Positions 62,463 to 64,000 of a DNA stretch of 64,000 bases are shown here, in pieces. The DNA lies in NCBI RefSeq assembly GCF_964204645.1, contig NC_134027.1:25258560-25322559 (forward strand), read 5' to 3'. Made by a program: the position numbers and the translations under genes. The notes under the pieces are model-generated. The model did not search any database and was not told the origin of the DNA. It was given only the letters and a program-made list of their open reading frames with translations. The stretch's first letter is position 1. Every line of letters begins with the position of its first letter. Source of the stretch: Tubulanus polymorphus (taxonomy: Eukaryota; Animalia; Nemertea).

Positions 62463-64000
62463 ATGTTGAGACGAATCGCTTTTAACAACGTCATCCAGTT
62501 TGTTGAGCCTCACGTGCTCAGCTTCACGCCGTCGGATCCGCCTCTGTTAGAAGTCGACGGACAGAGGTATCCGCAATGCAACCTCGGTATTTTCGTCGGC
62601 GAAAACGGCTCCGGTAAAAGCAGCATCTTCGAATTGATCGTCTCGTGCGCAGCGCCACCTACGACGGTCATAGAAACCGGGGAAACTGGCGGTAAATCGG
62701 ATAGCCGCGCGCGCAGCGCCACCATCATACCGAACACGCCTTCGAATGGTAAATCAGGGTATACGTTTTGCGAGTTTGAAATTCCGACGTCGATGGGAGC
62801 GAAAATGAATCTTCCGAATTCGGCGAGGAGAACGTCGACCGGTAACTACCTGGTCATCCTCGGTTTGGAGGTGCCTGGTCAGACGAGAGAGAAGATTCGG
62901 CGTATAATCATTCCCGTAGACAGTTCCAAAGACGAAATCTGCTCGAGACGCCGCGGAGTTTTCGTCATGCTTCTGACGTCGGAAAAATGCGAGCAATTGT
63001 TCAAAACCGAATCCGACGTCATCGGTATTCTTTCCAAATCGGACGTGGCCAAACGGAACGACGTGGCGAACGTTGATTGGTTGGACATCGGCAACGTTTA
63101 CGAACAAATAACGGATTCGATAATCGTCGGTCATCGCTACAGTCAAGAAGATTTCGACTTGTACATAAATAAAGCTAAGGAACACCCGGAGTTTGTAGCG
63201 CGAGTGCACGACGTGTTTTTCAAAATAATCGGTAACACCGACTATCAGTTCGTGATCGAAGACGGTCAATTGTTTTGCCGTGAAATGAACGACGCCGCCT
63301 GCGAGAGCAAGACGGAAACGTGGCAGGCGCCGTCCGGAATTCTCGACGCGTTTCTTATGGCTTTCTATCTGTCTCTGGACGATAAACTGACTTTACTGTT
63401 AGAAGAACCGATCAAATCGATGCATCCGCTCTTAGTGCGAGCGTTGAGGGACATTTTCCTGCTAGGGGTCACCGGTAAAACTGTCATCGCCGTCTGTCAT
63501 TCGGAGCGGTTGATAAGCGCGTACACCGTAGCCTTCATGTTCCGTTTCCGGCGCGTACGCATCCAAGATGGCGATCGAATTCTGCGCGCGTCGAAAATCT
63601 ACGAGTTGAAGAATCTAGCCGTCACCAATCACGGCGGTCACCCGTTCGCGTATCTTACCGTGGAGCGAATTCGGGACGTCCTATTCGCCAACCGAATTCT
63701 GTTCGTCGAAGGTCGCGACGACCGACGATTCGTTCACGCTACTCTCGATCTGATCGAGAGAAAATACCCCGGTATTCTTCGCATGTGCGGCGAAGATGTG
63801 GAACAACTGATCGGTCCGTTAACGCAGATATCCGTCATTCAGATGGACGGTAAAATGCACATGGATTCGTGCGTTTACGTCGCCGAGAATTCCGGCTTGA
63901 AAAAACGCTACGCTTTGCTTCTCGACCGAGACGTGTTGACCGGAAATGAGGTGTTCGTCTCCAGTTTCGTGCAGACGTTGAAGAAGTTGTTAGAATTTTA
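62463..64000 (+). CDS. OLD-family ATP-dependent nuclease (ABC ATPase plus TOPRIM), more than 512 aa, 3' end beyond the window
   Basis: Stop-free frame from ATG 62463 (MLRRIAFNN) to the window end. Walker A GENGSGKS (62598), signature-like APSG (63327), Walker B/D-loop LLLEEPIKSMHP (63393), H-switch VCHS (His at 63498), TOPRIM LFANRILFVEGRDD (Glu at 63708) and DxD LLLDRD (63924-63932). Confidence 0.9.
   Translation, partial: MLRRIAFNNVIQFVEPHVLSFTPSDPPLLEVDGQRYPQCNLGIFVGENGSGKSSIFELIVSCAAPPTTVIETGETGGKSDSRARSATIIPNTPSNGKSGYTFCEFEIPTSMGAKMNLPNSARRTSTGNYLVILGLEVPGQTREKIRRIIIPVDSSKDEICSRRRGVFVMLLTSEKCEQLFKTESDVIGILSKSDVAKRNDVANVDWLDIGNVYEQITDSIIVGHRYSQEDFDLYINKAKEHPEFVARVHDVFFKIIGNTDYQFVIEDGQLFCREMNDAACESKTETWQAPSGILDAFLMAFYLSLDDKLTLLLEEPIKSMHPLLVRALRDIFLLGVTGKTVIAVCHSERLISAYTVAFMFRFRRVRIQDGDRILRASKIYELKNLAVTNHGGHPFAYLTVERIRDVLFANRILFVEGRDDRRFVHATLDLIERKYPGILRMCGEDVEQLIGPLTQISVIQMDGKMHMDSCVYVAENSGLKKRYALLLDRDVLTGNEVFVSSFVQTLKKLLEF

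Noticed and set aside
62510-63269. Minus-strand ORFs of 75, 171 and 71 aa
   Set aside because: Antisense shadows of the plus-strand OLD-like frame, which holds all the recognisable motifs.

Overview
AT-rich animal genomic DNA with GT-AG introns; the gene and repeat content suggests a marine invertebrate, possibly a lophotrochozoan (inference). Genes rebuilt by hand from splice sites and exon phases are: a 13-exon, about 955-aa secreted protein with four LamG/pentraxin-like modules plus a C-type lectin domain (minus, 17617-6851); two class A GPCRs with intronless CDS; a CD225/dispanin gene; a TEX56/C6orf201-like gene; PLGRKT; and an 11-exon HOIL-1/RBCK1 with a candidate alternative last exon giving a SHARPIN-like short isoform. 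The main finding is missing from the ORF track because it runs off the window. It is an uninterrupted frame from 62463 to beyond 64000 that encodes an OLD-family ABC-ATPase plus TOPRIM nuclease, a fold known from prokaryotic anti-phage systems, and it sits directly behind a 3' splice site. Also present: a 2.15-kb TIR transposon with a 7-bp TSD carrying a RAG1-N-terminal/ZAD-like zinc module, two Penelope-associated minimal hammerhead ribozymes, a 1.95-kb local duplication, a Helentron-type HINE, many MITEs, SINE/LINE remnants and simple repeats. All family assignments come from motifs recognised by eye; no database search was run.
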